Part shown: positions 39,482 through 49,462 of the stretch, piece after piece | Numbering within the stretch: the stretch's first letter is position 1 | Layout of the letters: each line of letters starts with the position of its first letter | Source: Acidobacteriota bacterium | GTDB taxonomy: Bacteria > Acidobacteriota > CAIWXX01 | DNA length: 64,000 nucleotides | NCBI GenBank assembly: GCA_040755995.1 | Contig: JBFMAF010000036.1 | Span: forward strand, 160,001-224,000 | Direction of reading: 5' to 3' | Notes under the pieces: generated by a model | Databases searched by the model: none | What the model was told of the DNA's origin: nothing | The model's input: the letters and a program-made list of their open reading frames with translations, nothing else | Translations under genes and position numbers: made by a program

Positions 39482-42400
39482 TGATCAATGAAGAAATGGG
39501 TCCAGCCGTAGATTGTGCGACGCTCCTCGAGCTTCTGAAATCGAGAGCGCGTTCTCAACCTGACCAGCGCGCCTACACCTTCCAGACCGACGGTGCGTCC
39601 GAAGAGCTGCATCTGACGTACGCCGAGCTGGATCGGAGAGCGAGAGCCGTAGCAGCGAAGTTGCAGTCGTTGGGTGCGCCAGGTGGACGCGCCATGCTCC
39701 TCTATCCGCCGGGTTTGGACTACATAGCGGCGTTTTTCGGGTGCCTCTACGCGGACGTCGCCGCCGTGCCCGTCTATCCTCCACGCCCTAACCGCCCCAT
39801 GTCCAGGTTCCTCGCCATCTTCGAAGATGCCCAGGCCGGCGTGGCCCTGACGACCTCCGCGATTCTCCCCGTCGTCGACGCTGTTCTGGGGCGGGATGAG
39901 AAGACGAATTGGATTGCCACCGACGAGACTCCCGGCGACCTGGCACAAACCTGGGATGAACCGCCCGTGCGCGGCGATACCCTCGCGTTCATCCAGTACA
40001 CATCCGGCTCAACATCCAGCCCCAAAGGCGTGATGCTCACGCACGCCAACCTGCTTCACAATCTCGACACGACCTATCACGCGTTCGGGATCACCCCCGG
40101 AAGCCGTGCGGTCATCTGGTTGCCGCCCTATCACGACATGGGCTTGATCGGGGGAATCCTTCAGCCGCTCTATGGGGGCTTTCCGGCGGTCCTGATGTCC
40201 CCCATGACCTTCCTCCAGCAACCGTATCGGTGGCTCCACGCTGTTTCTCGTCACAGGGCCACGGTCAGTGGAGGCCCGAATTTCGCATACGATCTCTGCG
40301 TTCGCAAGATCACGGCCGAGCAGCGAGCGACGCTGGACCTCAGTAGCTGGGTCGCGGCATTCAACGGCGCGGAACCGATCAGGCCGGAGACGATCGATCT
40401 ATTCACGAAGACGTTCGAGCCGTGCGGCTTCAGGAGGGAGGCGTTCTACCCCTGTTACGGGCTCGCAGAAGGCACGTTGATCGTATCCGGCGGCAGCGTG
40501 GCTGACCCGCCGGTCGTGAAGGGGTTCCGGCCGGATGCGCTCGCACAGCACCACGCAGCCGAGTGCGCCATTTCGGACGCCAACGCAAGAAAACTCGTCA
40601 GCAGCGGCCGCGCCGTCGGCCGGCAGCGAATCGTTGTTGTCGATCCCGAGACCCTGATCACGCTGGAGCCCGGCGGCGTCGGCGAGGTCCTGGTATCAGG
40701 CCCGAGTATCGCCCGCGGCTACTGGAATCGGCCCGACGAAACGGCCCGGACGTTTGCAGCCTTCTTGTCGAGCAACGCGGATGGCCCGTTTCTCCGAACC
40801 GGCGACCTCGGGTTTCTTCATGATGGCGAGTTGTTCATCACGGGACGCATCAAGGACCTGATCATCATTCGCGGCCGCAATCACTACCCGCAGGACATCG
40901 AAGCGACCGTCGAGAAGTGCCACCCGGCGATCCGGCCCGGATGCGCGGCGGCATTCTCAGTGGAAGCCGATGAAGAAGAACGTCTCGTGGTTGCCACGGA
41001 AATCAAGCGTGAGCATCGCGGCGAAGACTTGGTTGACGTGATCGACGCCATCCGCCAGGCGATCACAGAGGAGCACGAGATCCAGCTTCACGCAGCGGTG
41101 CTGCTCAGGCCCGGCAGTCTCCCGAAGACATCGAGCGGGAAGGTACAACGTCACGCGTGCCGCGCCGCGTTTCTTGTCGGCGAGCTCGAGGCGGCAGGCG
41201 AGTGGAAGGAGTCTGCGGTCATCACTCAGCCCGACACGCTGGTCGAGTCCCAGGAGCAGTTCGAGAGATGGCTCACGGATCAGCTCGCCGCCCGGCTCAG
41301 GGTCCCGTCCGCGTCGATTGATGCGCACCAGTCGCTGAACCGCTACGCCCTCGACTCCTTGAATGCAATCGAGCTGGCGCATGTGATCGAGCAGCAGGTG
41401 GCCGTTCACATTCCCCTGGAGAGGATCTTCGAGGGGCCGACTATCGCCGAACTGGCTCGCGAGGCGTGGGCACGACGGACAGCACCCGCCCGGCCGTACG
41501 TTCCTGCTCCACCCGCCGAATCGATGACCAAACACCCGCTCTCGGCCGGCCAGCGAGCGCTCTGGTTCTTGCATCAACTGGAGCCCGAGAGTGCGGCTTA
41601 CAACGTCCCCGCCGCCGTCCGTCTTCTGGGCGACCTGGATGTCCCGGCGCTCCATCGAGCATTCGGATCCCTCGCCGGCCGGCACCCCATCCTGCGAATG
41701 ACCTTCGCATCCGTCGGCGGCGAACCCGTCCAGGAAGCTCGTAACGATCCGAGCTTCGAGCAGCTCGACGCATCCACCTGGGACGACGAAGCGGTGCGGA
41801 AGCAACTCAACGACGAGGCCAACCGGCCGTTCGATCTGCAACGCGGTCCCCTGATGCGAGTCCGGCTCCTGCGCAGGTACGATCGCGAGCATCTTCTCAT
41901 GCTCAACATGCACCATATCATCACCGACTTCTGGTCGCAGGCAGTGATCATGCGGGATCTCGGCCAACTGTACGAGGCCGAAAGGAGCGGCCGCGCTGCG
42001 GATCTCCCGTCTCTGGCTCTCCAGTATTCTGATTTCGCTCGCATCCAGGACGAGATGCTGGGCGGGCCGGAAGGAGAGCGGCTCCGAGCCTTTTGGCAGA
42101 AGCAGCTCGCGGGCGAGCTGCCGATCCTGAATCTGCGCACGGATCGGCCCCGCCCACCGGTCCAGACCTATCGCGGTGCGGTGCAGCCCGTCACGGTCGA
42201 CGAGGACGATTGGAGCCGGTTGAAGGATCTCGGCCGCAGAAACAATGCAACCCCGTTCATGACGCTCCTCGCCGCCTTCCACGTCCTGCTCCGCCGCTAC
42301 ACCGGGCAGCGCGACATCGTGATCGGCGCACCCATGGCGGGGAGAAGCCGGGCACAGCTATCCAACATGCTGGGATACTTCGTCAACCCGGTCGCTCTGC

Positions 42401-45400
42401 GCACGGAGTCCTCCGGTGATGCCACCTTTTCCGAGCACCTCGCACGCGCCAGGCGGACTGTGCTCGGCGCCTTCGAACACCAGGACTACCCGTTCGCCAC
42501 CGTAGTCGAACAAATTCAGCCGGCGCGCGACCCGAGCCGCACGCCGGTGTTCCAGGTCATGCTCGCCCTGCAGAATGCGCCTGCATTCGAAGGACAGAGC
42601 CTTACTCCCTTCGCGCTGGGCGCCGGGGATGCTCGTGTCCAGTGGTGCGGGCTTTCGCTTGAATCGTTCCCGCTCGATCATTCGATTGCCCAGTTCGACC
42701 TCACTCTGAACGCCGGCGAAGTCGACGGAGCGCTGCGCGGAGCACTGAACTACAACACCGATCTCTTCGACGCATCCACGATCGCAAGGATGGCGCGGCA
42801 TTTCCAGCAGCTACTCCGGAGCATCGTCGCCGCCCCGCACCAGCGGCTCTCCGAGTTGCCCATTCTCACCGAAGCCGAGGAACGGCGGCAGACGGTGGAG
42901 TGGAACTCGACGCACCAGGAGTTTCCGGTGGACTCCTGCATACACGAGCTGTTCGACGCTCAGGCATCGCAGACCCCCGACTCGGTCGCCGTGATCTTCC
43001 AGGACCAGAAGCTGACCTACCGGGACCTCGCACGAAAGGCGGATCTGCTGGCTGCGCGCCTGCGGGCGCTGGGAGTCGGCCCAGAGGCTCTCGTGGGAAT
43101 CTGCATGGAAGGCTCCATCGAGATGATCGTGGCCATCGCCGGCGTCCTGAAGGCGGGCGGCGCGTACGTGCCTCTAGATCCCCTGTATCCGATCGAGCGC
43201 CTGGCGTTCATGATCGAAGATGCCTGTCCTCAGTTGGTATTGACGCTGGAGAAGCACCAGCCATCGCTTCCACCCGCTGCGCTCGCGATCAGCCTCGATG
43301 CCGCCTGGGACGTACCCATCTACACGGGGGCTGCGGCCCCTGCTGCCGCCAGCAGCAATGCCGCCTGCCTGATCTATACCTCGGGTTCGACGGGCGAGCC
43401 GAAAGGAGTCGTCATTACTCATCGGAGCATTGTGAACCTGATCACGTCTTTCGTGCGGAGCTACCGGGCCGACGAGACTGACCGCGTACTCCCGCTCACG
43501 GCCGCGACTTCGGCAAGCTTTGTCGGCGAGATACTCCCGATACTGTGCACCGGCGGAGCCGTCGTGCTGCCGGACAGGGAGGAGACGCTGGATTTCACCA
43601 AGCTCTTTGAGCTCCTCGCGCGCCACGGCGTGACAATCCTCAGCACCGTCCCTGCGATGGTCCGGATGATCAACCAATTGAAGGACCGGCTGCCGAAGCT
43701 GAGGCTACTGATGAGTGGGGGCGAAGCCCTCATGGCATCAGACATTGACAAGCTTCTCGATACGGCAACGCTCATCAATGGATACGGCCTGACCGAGACC
43801 ACGATCTGCTCCACCTATCGCCGCCTGGACAAGTCCGATCTCATGTCCCCTGGAGCCGTCTCCATCGGCAAGCCTGTGATGAACAACCGGGTCTACATCC
43901 TGGATGAAGATCTCCGCAGTTGCCCGATCGGATCGCCGGGAGAGATGTACGTTGCCGGAGACGGACTGGCCAGGGGCTACCTGAACAACGCGGGATTGAC
44001 GGCGGAGAGGTTCATTCCGTGCCCGTTCGAGCGCGGTGAACGGATGTACCGAACCGGTGACCTGGCCGCATGGTTGCCCGACGGCGGCATCGAGTTCCTG
44101 GGCCGGATCGACCACCAGGTTAAGATCCGCGGCTTCAGGATCGATCTGGGCGAGATCGAGACCGTCCTGGACAGCCACCAGGGCGTGCGGGAATCGCTCG
44201 TGAGGCTCCGGGCTGATGTCCCCGGAGAGAAGCACCTGGTCGCCTATATCGTGCCTCGCGATGAAAAGGCGGCGCCCACGGCAGGCGACCTCCTCGACTT
44301 CCTCCGTTCGAAGCTGCCCGGCTACATGGTGCCGTCTGCATTCGTCGTCCTGGATGCGGTGCCGCGCCTCTCGAGCGGGAAGATCGACTTCAACAGCCTG
44401 CCGGTCCCCGAGGGTGCGCGGCCCGAGCTGAGAGCGGAGTTTGTCGCTCCGCGCAGCGAGCTGGAGGAAATCATCGCGAGGGTCTGGCGGGATGCATTGC
44501 GGGTCGAGAAGGTCGGCATCAACGACAACTTCTTCGACCTGGGCGGGCACTCGCTGCTCCTCACGAAGGTCCACACGCAGATCCGTGACGCGCTCAAGAG
44601 AGACCTGTCGCTGATCGATCTATTCAGGTACCCGACAGTGAGCGCGCTCGCGCGGCATCTGAGTCCGCGAGAGACGGACGAGCCGCTGCAGATTCAGAGG
44701 AGCGTCGAGCACGCGGCACGGCGCCGGCAAGCGAGGGATGTGTCGCAGAGAGAGATCGCCATCATCGGAATGACCGGCCGGTTCCCCGGCGCCAGGGGTG
44801 TTGAAGCTCTCTGGGACAACCTGCGAAACGGCGTTGAGTCGATCACGTTCTTCACGGACGATGAGCTCGAGGCCCTCGGGATCGACCGCTCGCTGTTAAG
44901 CAACCCCGACTACATCAAGGCCAAGGGAATCCTGGGAGACATCGATCTCTTCGATGCCCACTTCTTCGGACTGAATCCTCGCGAAACGGAGCTGATGGAT
45001 CCGCAGCACCGCCTGATGCTCGAGTGCTGCTGGGAAGCGCTCGAACGAGCGGGATACGATGCGGACCGGTACCAGGGCAGGGTGGGCGTCTACGCCGGCG
45101 AGAGCATGAACACCTACTTGATCACGAACCTACTCTCGCACATGGAGCTCGTGGCATCGGTTGACACTCTGCAGGCATCGCTCGGTAATGACAAGGACCC
45201 GCTCACGTCTCGGGTCTCATACAAGCTCAACCTCAAGGGCCCGAGCATCACCATACAATCCGCATCGTCGACGTCCCTGGTCGCAGTACATGTCGCCTGC
45301 CAGAGTCTGCTGGACTACGAGTGCGACATGGCGCTGGCAGGCGGGGCGTCGATACACCTGCCGGAGAAGTCGGGATACCTCTTCCACGAGGGTGGCACCA

Positions 45401-48400
45401 CCTCCCGGCACGGTCATTGCCGGGCATTCGACTCACAGGCGGACGGCTTCGTCAGCGGGAACGGCGTCGGAGTCGTGGTGCTGAAGCGCCTGGCCGATGC
45501 GCTGGCCGACGGCGACAACATCTATGCGGTGATCAAGGGCTCCGCCTGCAACAACGACGGATCGGAGAAGGTGAGCTTCATGGCGCCGAGTGTGGAGGGA
45601 CAGGTGGAGCTCTACACCATGGCCCACGCGATCGCAGGCGTTTCTCCGGACTCCATCTCCTACGTCGAGGCTCACGGCACCGGCACGGCGCTCGGTGACC
45701 CGATCGAAATCGAGTCGCTGACGCAGGCCTTCCGCACAAGTTCCGACCGCAAGGGCTACTGCGCGATCGGGTCGCTGAAGACGAACATCGGCCACCTCGA
45801 CACGGCCGCCGGCGTCTGCGGCCTCATCAAGGCCGCCATGGCACTCCATCACAAGATGATCCCCCCTACGCTCCACTTCCAGGCGCCCAATCCACAGATC
45901 GACTTCGAAAACAGCCCCTTCTTCGTCAATACAGAGTGCCGGGAGTGGAAGACGAACGGAACGCCGAGAAGGGCTGGGGTGACGTCTTTGGGGATGGGCG
46001 GTACCAACGCGCATGTCATCCTCGAGGAGGCGCCGCAGCTGAAGCCGTCGGGTGATTCGAGATGCCGGCAGCTTCTGGTGCTCTCCGCCAAGACCGCCAC
46101 CGCGCTGGAAGCGCAAACGGCGAGCCTCATCGAGCATCTGAAGCGCAGCCCGGACGCGGATCTCGCCGACGTCGCCTACACGCTTCAGTGCGGCCGGCAG
46201 CGGTTCAACCACCGCCGGACGGCGCTCTGCGAGAGCTCGGAAGACGCGATCGCCGCGCTCGAGACGCTCGATCCCGACCGCGTCGCAGACGCGACCGAAG
46301 AACCGGGCGATCGATCTCTTGTGTTCATGTTCACGGGGCAGGGGGCACAGCACGTCGACATGGGGTTGGGACTGTACAGATCGGAGCCGGTCTTCAGAGC
46401 GGAGGTGGATCGCTGCTCCGAGCTGCTGGAGCCTCATCTCGGATTCGATATCAGGACGATCATCTATCCACCCGAGGAATCCTCCGAGACGATGACCGAG
46501 CGGCTTCGGCAGACAGCCGTCGCTCAGCCCGCGCTGTTTCTCATCGAATATGCCCTCGCGAAGCTCTGGACGAAGTGGGGTCTGCGCCCGCAGGCCATGA
46601 TCGGTCACAGCCTGGGCGAGTATGTGGCGGCATGTCTGGCAGGCGTAATGGCGCTCGAAGACGCACTCAAGCTGGTGGCAGTCCGCGGCCGCCTGATGCA
46701 GCAGATGCCGCCAGGCTCGATGCTCGCCGTGCCGCTGCCCGACACGGAGCTCCAGCCTCTGCTGGGTCCCGGTCTCTCGATCGCCGCGATCAACCACCCG
46801 TCGCAGTCTGTCGCCTCGGGCGACGAGGACGCCATCAGGGAGTTGGAGGAGCAGATGGGCGCACGGGGCATCGCATGCCGTCGCCTGCAGACGTCGCACG
46901 CTTTCCACTCGCAGATGATGGACCCGATGTTGGCGGTTTTCACCGAAACGGTGTCGAAGGTGGCGTTGAAGCCCCCAAGACTCCCCTACATCTCGAATGT
47001 GACCGGCACATGGGTTCGACCGGAGCAGGCGACGGATCCGGCATACTGGGCACGGCAGCTCCGCCACGCCGTCCGATTCGCCGACGGGCTGGCCGAGCTT
47101 CTGAGAACCCCGCGGCAGGTGCTCCTCGAGGTCGGGCCCGGAAGCAGCCTCAGCACGCTCGCCCGCCAACACCCAATGCGTGCGACCCATCATGTCGTGG
47201 TCTCGTCTCTCCCGCATCAGAAAGAGCGCAACCCCGACGATGCGCACGCACTGAAGACGCTCGGCAGGCTCTGGCTCGCCGGTCTTGACGTCGATTGGCC
47301 TGCTTTCTACGAGGGAGAACGCCGCCGCCGCGTCTTGCTTCCCACGTATCCACTCGAACGGCGCCGGTACTGGGTCGAGCCGAAGAAGTCTGACGGGGTC
47401 GGCCGCAGGACAACGGGAGGCAGGCGCAAGATCGATGAGTGGTTCTATGCGCCGATCTGGAAACAGTCGCGAATAGCCAACCTGCGCAGGACCGGGAGTG
47501 CCGGCAATGGGACGTCTACGTGGCTGCTGTTCTGCGACGAGCTGGGGCTGGGATCGAGACTGGCAGCCAGATTGAAGGCCGCGGGCCACACGATTGCCCT
47601 GGCAGGCATCGGAGACCGATTCCGAAGGCGCGCCGACGGCCAGTTCGAAATCGATCCGGCGGATCGACGCGACTACGATCTTCTTCTGCAGGCCATCCGA
47701 TTCGAGCCTTCGGCTGTCGTGCATCTCTGGGGCGTCGGCCGAGGCAGGAGCGGGAATGGATCGGACCGCGCCCGCGACGATCGAATCTTCACCAGCCTTC
47801 TCTACCTCGCTCAGGCTCTCGGGAAACAGAGCTCCGCTGGTCCCCTGCGCCTGTGGGTTGTCAGTGACGGCCTTCACGAGGTGACAGGAGAAGAAGTGTT
47901 AAGTCCGGAGATGGCGACGATACTCGGCGCCTGCCGCACGATACCGAATGAGTACGGCAACATCACCTGCCACAGCCTTGACGTTGTGGTCCCGCATTCG
48001 GGGCTCGATGACCTTGCAGATCAGGTACTGCGCGAGCTCACACTGGATGCGCCCGGGACTGTCATGGCGCTGCGAGGGAAGTCTCGATGGGTTCAGAGCT
48101 ACGAGCACGTCGCGCTCAACGGTCTTGATGGACAGACGAGGCGTCTGCGCGAAGGCGGCGTCTACTTGGTCACGGGCGGTCTCGGCGGCATCGGCATGGA
48201 GCTCGCAACGTACCTCGCGCAGCGAGCACGGGCCAGGTTGGTGCTCATCGGGCGGTCACCGTTCCCGCACAGAAACGAGTGGGAGAGTTGGCTCACGTCG
48301 CACGACAGCCATGACCCGACGTGCCGGCAGATCATGCGGCTTCGCGCCCTGGAGCACCTGGGCGCGGAGGTGCTCGTTCTGCGCGCCGACGTTGCGGACC

Positions 48401-49353
48401 TGGAGCAGCTGCGAGCGGTGAAAGCCGCGGCGCGCGCGCGATTCGGAGGGGTGAACGGAATCATCCATGCGGCTGGTGTACCGGGAGGCGGCCTCATACA
48501 GACCAGGACTCCGCAATCGGTTGAGGCCGTGTTCGCTCCGAAGATCCTCGGGACGCTCAACCTCGACGAGGTCTTCAAGGACGAACCACTGGACTTCGTG
48601 GTTCTGTGTTCGTCGATCACCTCGATACTGGGCCATGTCGGCCAGGCGGACTATGCCGCGGCCAGTGCTTTCCTCGACTCCTTCGCTTGCCACAAGACGG
48701 ACACGGATCGAGTCTACTGGGTCTCAGTGAATTGGGATGCCTGGCAATCCGTGGGAATGGCGGTCAACACTCCGGTGCCGGCCGAGCTGCGAGAGTGGCG
48801 GCAGGAGGAGCTGCGCAAGGGGATTCTTCCCGCAGAGGGCGTCGATGTCTTCGCGCGCATCCTTCAGAGCGACCTCCCGCAGGTCGTAGTCTCGACTCAG
48901 GACCTGCAGACGCGGATGGAGCACCGGGGAGTGCCCGTGAATCTGGAGGAGTCAGGGAAGCCGCAGGAGCTTCATCCGAGACCAGTGCTCGGAAACGCCT
49001 ACGTGAGTCCGGCGAGCGAATCAGAACGGACCATCGCGAGAATCTGGCAGGAACTGCTGGGCATCGAGCAGGTCGGAGCCCACGACAATTTCTTCGATCT
49101 GGGCGGCAACTCGCTGATCGCTCTTCGGATCATCGCGCGCATGAAGAGCGAGCTTGGCGTCACGCTGCCGGATGTGAGCCTGTTCGAAGCTCCGACCGTT
49201 CGCAGTCTCGCCAGAATTCTGGCTCCGGCGTCCGCCGGCGAACCCGCTCTCGAAGAGAGCCGCAGCAGGGGCGAGATGCGGAGGGCGCGAGCGCCTCGAC
49301 GTCGTGACCCCCTGACACCACAGCAGCCCGAAGCGGTTCCGGTCAGGAGTTGA
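39481..49353 (+). CDS. Hybrid NRPS-PKS: FAAL-ACP-C-A-PCP-KS-AT-KR-ACP
   Basis: FAAL (QYTSGST, WLPPYHDMGLIG, GRNHYPQDIE); ACP LDSL; C HHIITDFWS; A YTSGSTGEPKG/YRTGD; PCP LGGHSL; KS MDPQHR/HGTGT; AT GHSLG/HAFHS; KR GGLGGIG/HAAG; ACP LGGNSL. Confidence 0.95.
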   Translation: MINEEMGPAVDCATLLELLKSRARSQPDQRAYTFQTDGASEELHLTYAELDRRARAVAAKLQSLGAPGGRAMLLYPPGLDYIAAFFGCLYADVAAVPVYPPRPNRPMSRFLAIFEDAQAGVALTTSAILPVVDAVLGRDEKTNWIATDETPGDLAQTWDEPPVRGDTLAFIQYTSGSTSSPKGVMLTHANLLHNLDTTYHAFGITPGSRAVIWLPPYHDMGLIGGILQPLYGGFPAVLMSPMTFLQQPYRWLHAVSRHRATVSGGPNFAYDLCVRKITAEQRATLDLSSWVAAFNGAEPIRPETIDLFTKTFEPCGFRREAFYPCYGLAEGTLIVSGGSVADPPVVKGFRPDALAQHHAAECAISDANARKLVSSGRAVGRQRIVVVDPETLITLEPGGVGEVLVSGPSIARGYWNRPDETARTFAAFLSSNADGPFLRTGDLGFLHDGELFITGRIKDLIIIRGRNHYPQDIEATVEKCHPAIRPGCAAAFSVEADEEERLVVATEIKREHRGEDLVDVIDAIRQAITEEHEIQLHAAVLLRPGSLPKTSSGKVQRHACRAAFLVGELEAAGEWKESAVITQPDTLVESQEQFERWLTDQLAARLRVPSASIDAHQSLNRYALDSLNAIELAHVIEQQVAVHIPLERIFEGPTIAELAREAWARRTAPARPYVPAPPAESMTKHPLSAGQRALWFLHQLEPESAAYNVPAAVRLLGDLDVPALHRAFGSLAGRHPILRMTFASVGGEPVQEARNDPSFEQLDASTWDDEAVRKQLNDEANRPFDLQRGPLMRVRLLRRYDREHLLMLNMHHIITDFWSQAVIMRDLGQLYEAERSGRAADLPSLALQYSDFARIQDEMLGGPEGERLRAFWQKQLAGELPILNLRTDRPRPPVQTYRGAVQPVTVDEDDWSRLKDLGRRNNATPFMTLLAAFHVLLRRYTGQRDIVIGAPMAGRSRAQLSNMLGYFVNPVALRTESSGDATFSEHLARARRTVLGAFEHQDYPFATVVEQIQPARDPSRTPVFQVMLALQNAPAFEGQSLTPFALGAGDARVQWCGLSLESFPLDHSIAQFDLTLNAGEVDGALRGALNYNTDLFDASTIARMARHFQQLLRSIVAAPHQRLSELPILTEAEERRQTVEWNSTHQEFPVDSCIHELFDAQASQTPDSVAVIFQDQKLTYRDLARKADLLAARLRALGVGPEALVGICMEGSIEMIVAIAGVLKAGGAYVPLDPLYPIERLAFMIEDACPQLVLTLEKHQPSLPPAALAISLDAAWDVPIYTGAAAPAAASSNAACLIYTSGSTGEPKGVVITHRSIVNLITSFVRSYRADETDRVLPLTAATSASFVGEILPILCTGGAVVLPDREETLDFTKLFELLARHGVTILSTVPAMVRMINQLKDRLPKLRLLMSGGEALMASDIDKLLDTATLINGYGLTETTICSTYRRLDKSDLMSPGAVSIGKPVMNNRVYILDEDLRSCPIGSPGEMYVAGDGLARGYLNNAGLTAERFIPCPFERGERMYRTGDLAAWLPDGGIEFLGRIDHQVKIRGFRIDLGEIETVLDSHQGVRESLVRLRADVPGEKHLVAYIVPRDEKAAPTAGDLLDFLRSKLPGYMVPSAFVVLDAVPRLSSGKIDFNSLPVPEGARPELRAEFVAPRSELEEIIARVWRDALRVEKVGINDNFFDLGGHSLLLTKVHTQIRDALKRDLSLIDLFRYPTVSALARHLSPRETDEPLQIQRSVEHAARRRQARDVSQREIAIIGMTGRFPGARGVEALWDNLRNGVESITFFTDDELEALGIDRSLLSNPDYIKAKGILGDIDLFDAHFFGLNPRETELMDPQHRLMLECCWEALERAGYDADRYQGRVGVYAGESMNTYLITNLLSHMELVASVDTLQASLGNDKDPLTSRVSYKLNLKGPSITIQSASSTSLVAVHVACQSLLDYECDMALAGGASIHLPEKSGYLFHEGGTTSRHGHCRAFDSQADGFVSGNGVGVVVLKRLADALADGDNIYAVIKGSACNNDGSEKVSFMAPSVEGQVELYTMAHAIAGVSPDSISYVEAHGTGTALGDPIEIESLTQAFRTSSDRKGYCAIGSLKTNIGHLDTAAGVCGLIKAAMALHHKMIPPTLHFQAPNPQIDFENSPFFVNTECREWKTNGTPRRAGVTSLGMGGTNAHVILEEAPQLKPSGDSRCRQLLVLSAKTATALEAQTASLIEHLKRSPDADLADVAYTLQCGRQRFNHRRTALCESSEDAIAALETLDPDRVADATEEPGDRSLVFMFTGQGAQHVDMGLGLYRSEPVFRAEVDRCSELLEPHLGFDIRTIIYPPEESSETMTERLRQTAVAQPALFLIEYALAKLWTKWGLRPQAMIGHSLGEYVAACLAGVMALEDALKLVAVRGRLMQQMPPGSMLAVPLPDTELQPLLGPGLSIAAINHPSQSVASGDEDAIRELEEQMGARGIACRRLQTSHAFHSQMMDPMLAVFTETVSKVALKPPRLPYISNVTGTWVRPEQATDPAYWARQLRHAVRFADGLAELLRTPRQVLLEVGPGSSLSTLARQHPMRATHHVVVSSLPHQKERNPDDAHALKTLGRLWLAGLDVDWPAFYEGERRRRVLLPTYPLERRRYWVEPKKSDGVGRRTTGGRRKIDEWFYAPIWKQSRIANLRRTGSAGNGTSTWLLFCDELGLGSRLAARLKAAGHTIALAGIGDRFRRRADGQFEIDPADRRDYDLLLQAIRFEPSAVVHLWGVGRGRSGNGSDRARDDRIFTSLLYLAQALGKQSSAGPLRLWVVSDGLHEVTGEEVLSPEMATILGACRTIPNEYGNITCHSLDVVVPHSGLDDLADQVLRELTLDAPGTVMALRGKSRWVQSYEHVALNGLDGQTRRLREGGVYLVTGGLGGIGMELATYLAQRARARLVLIGRSPFPHRNEWESWLTSHDSHDPTCRQIMRLRALEHLGAEVLVLRADVADLEQLRAVKAAARARFGGVNGIIHAAGVPGGGLIQTRTPQSVEAVFAPKILGTLNLDEVFKDEPLDFVVLCSSITSILGHVGQADYAAASAFLDSFACHKTDTDRVYWVSVNWDAWQSVGMAVNTPVPAELREWRQEELRKGILPAEGVDVFARILQSDLPQVVVSTQDLQTRMEHRGVPVNLEESGKPQELHPRPVLGNAYVSPASESERTIARIWQELLGIEQVGAHDNFFDLGGNSLIALRIIARMKSELGVTLPDVSLFEAPTVRSLARILAPASAGEPALEESRSRGEMRRARAPRRRDPLTPQQPEAVPVRS

Positions 49354-49462
49354 GACGGCAATGCGGCCCATTCGTTGTCATCGGCTGCTGAGGGCCGGAT
49401 CGCAGCCGTCGCGTCAGCACACTTCTCGGAGATGGTTCGGGCTATTAAGCGGAGCGTTTGAA

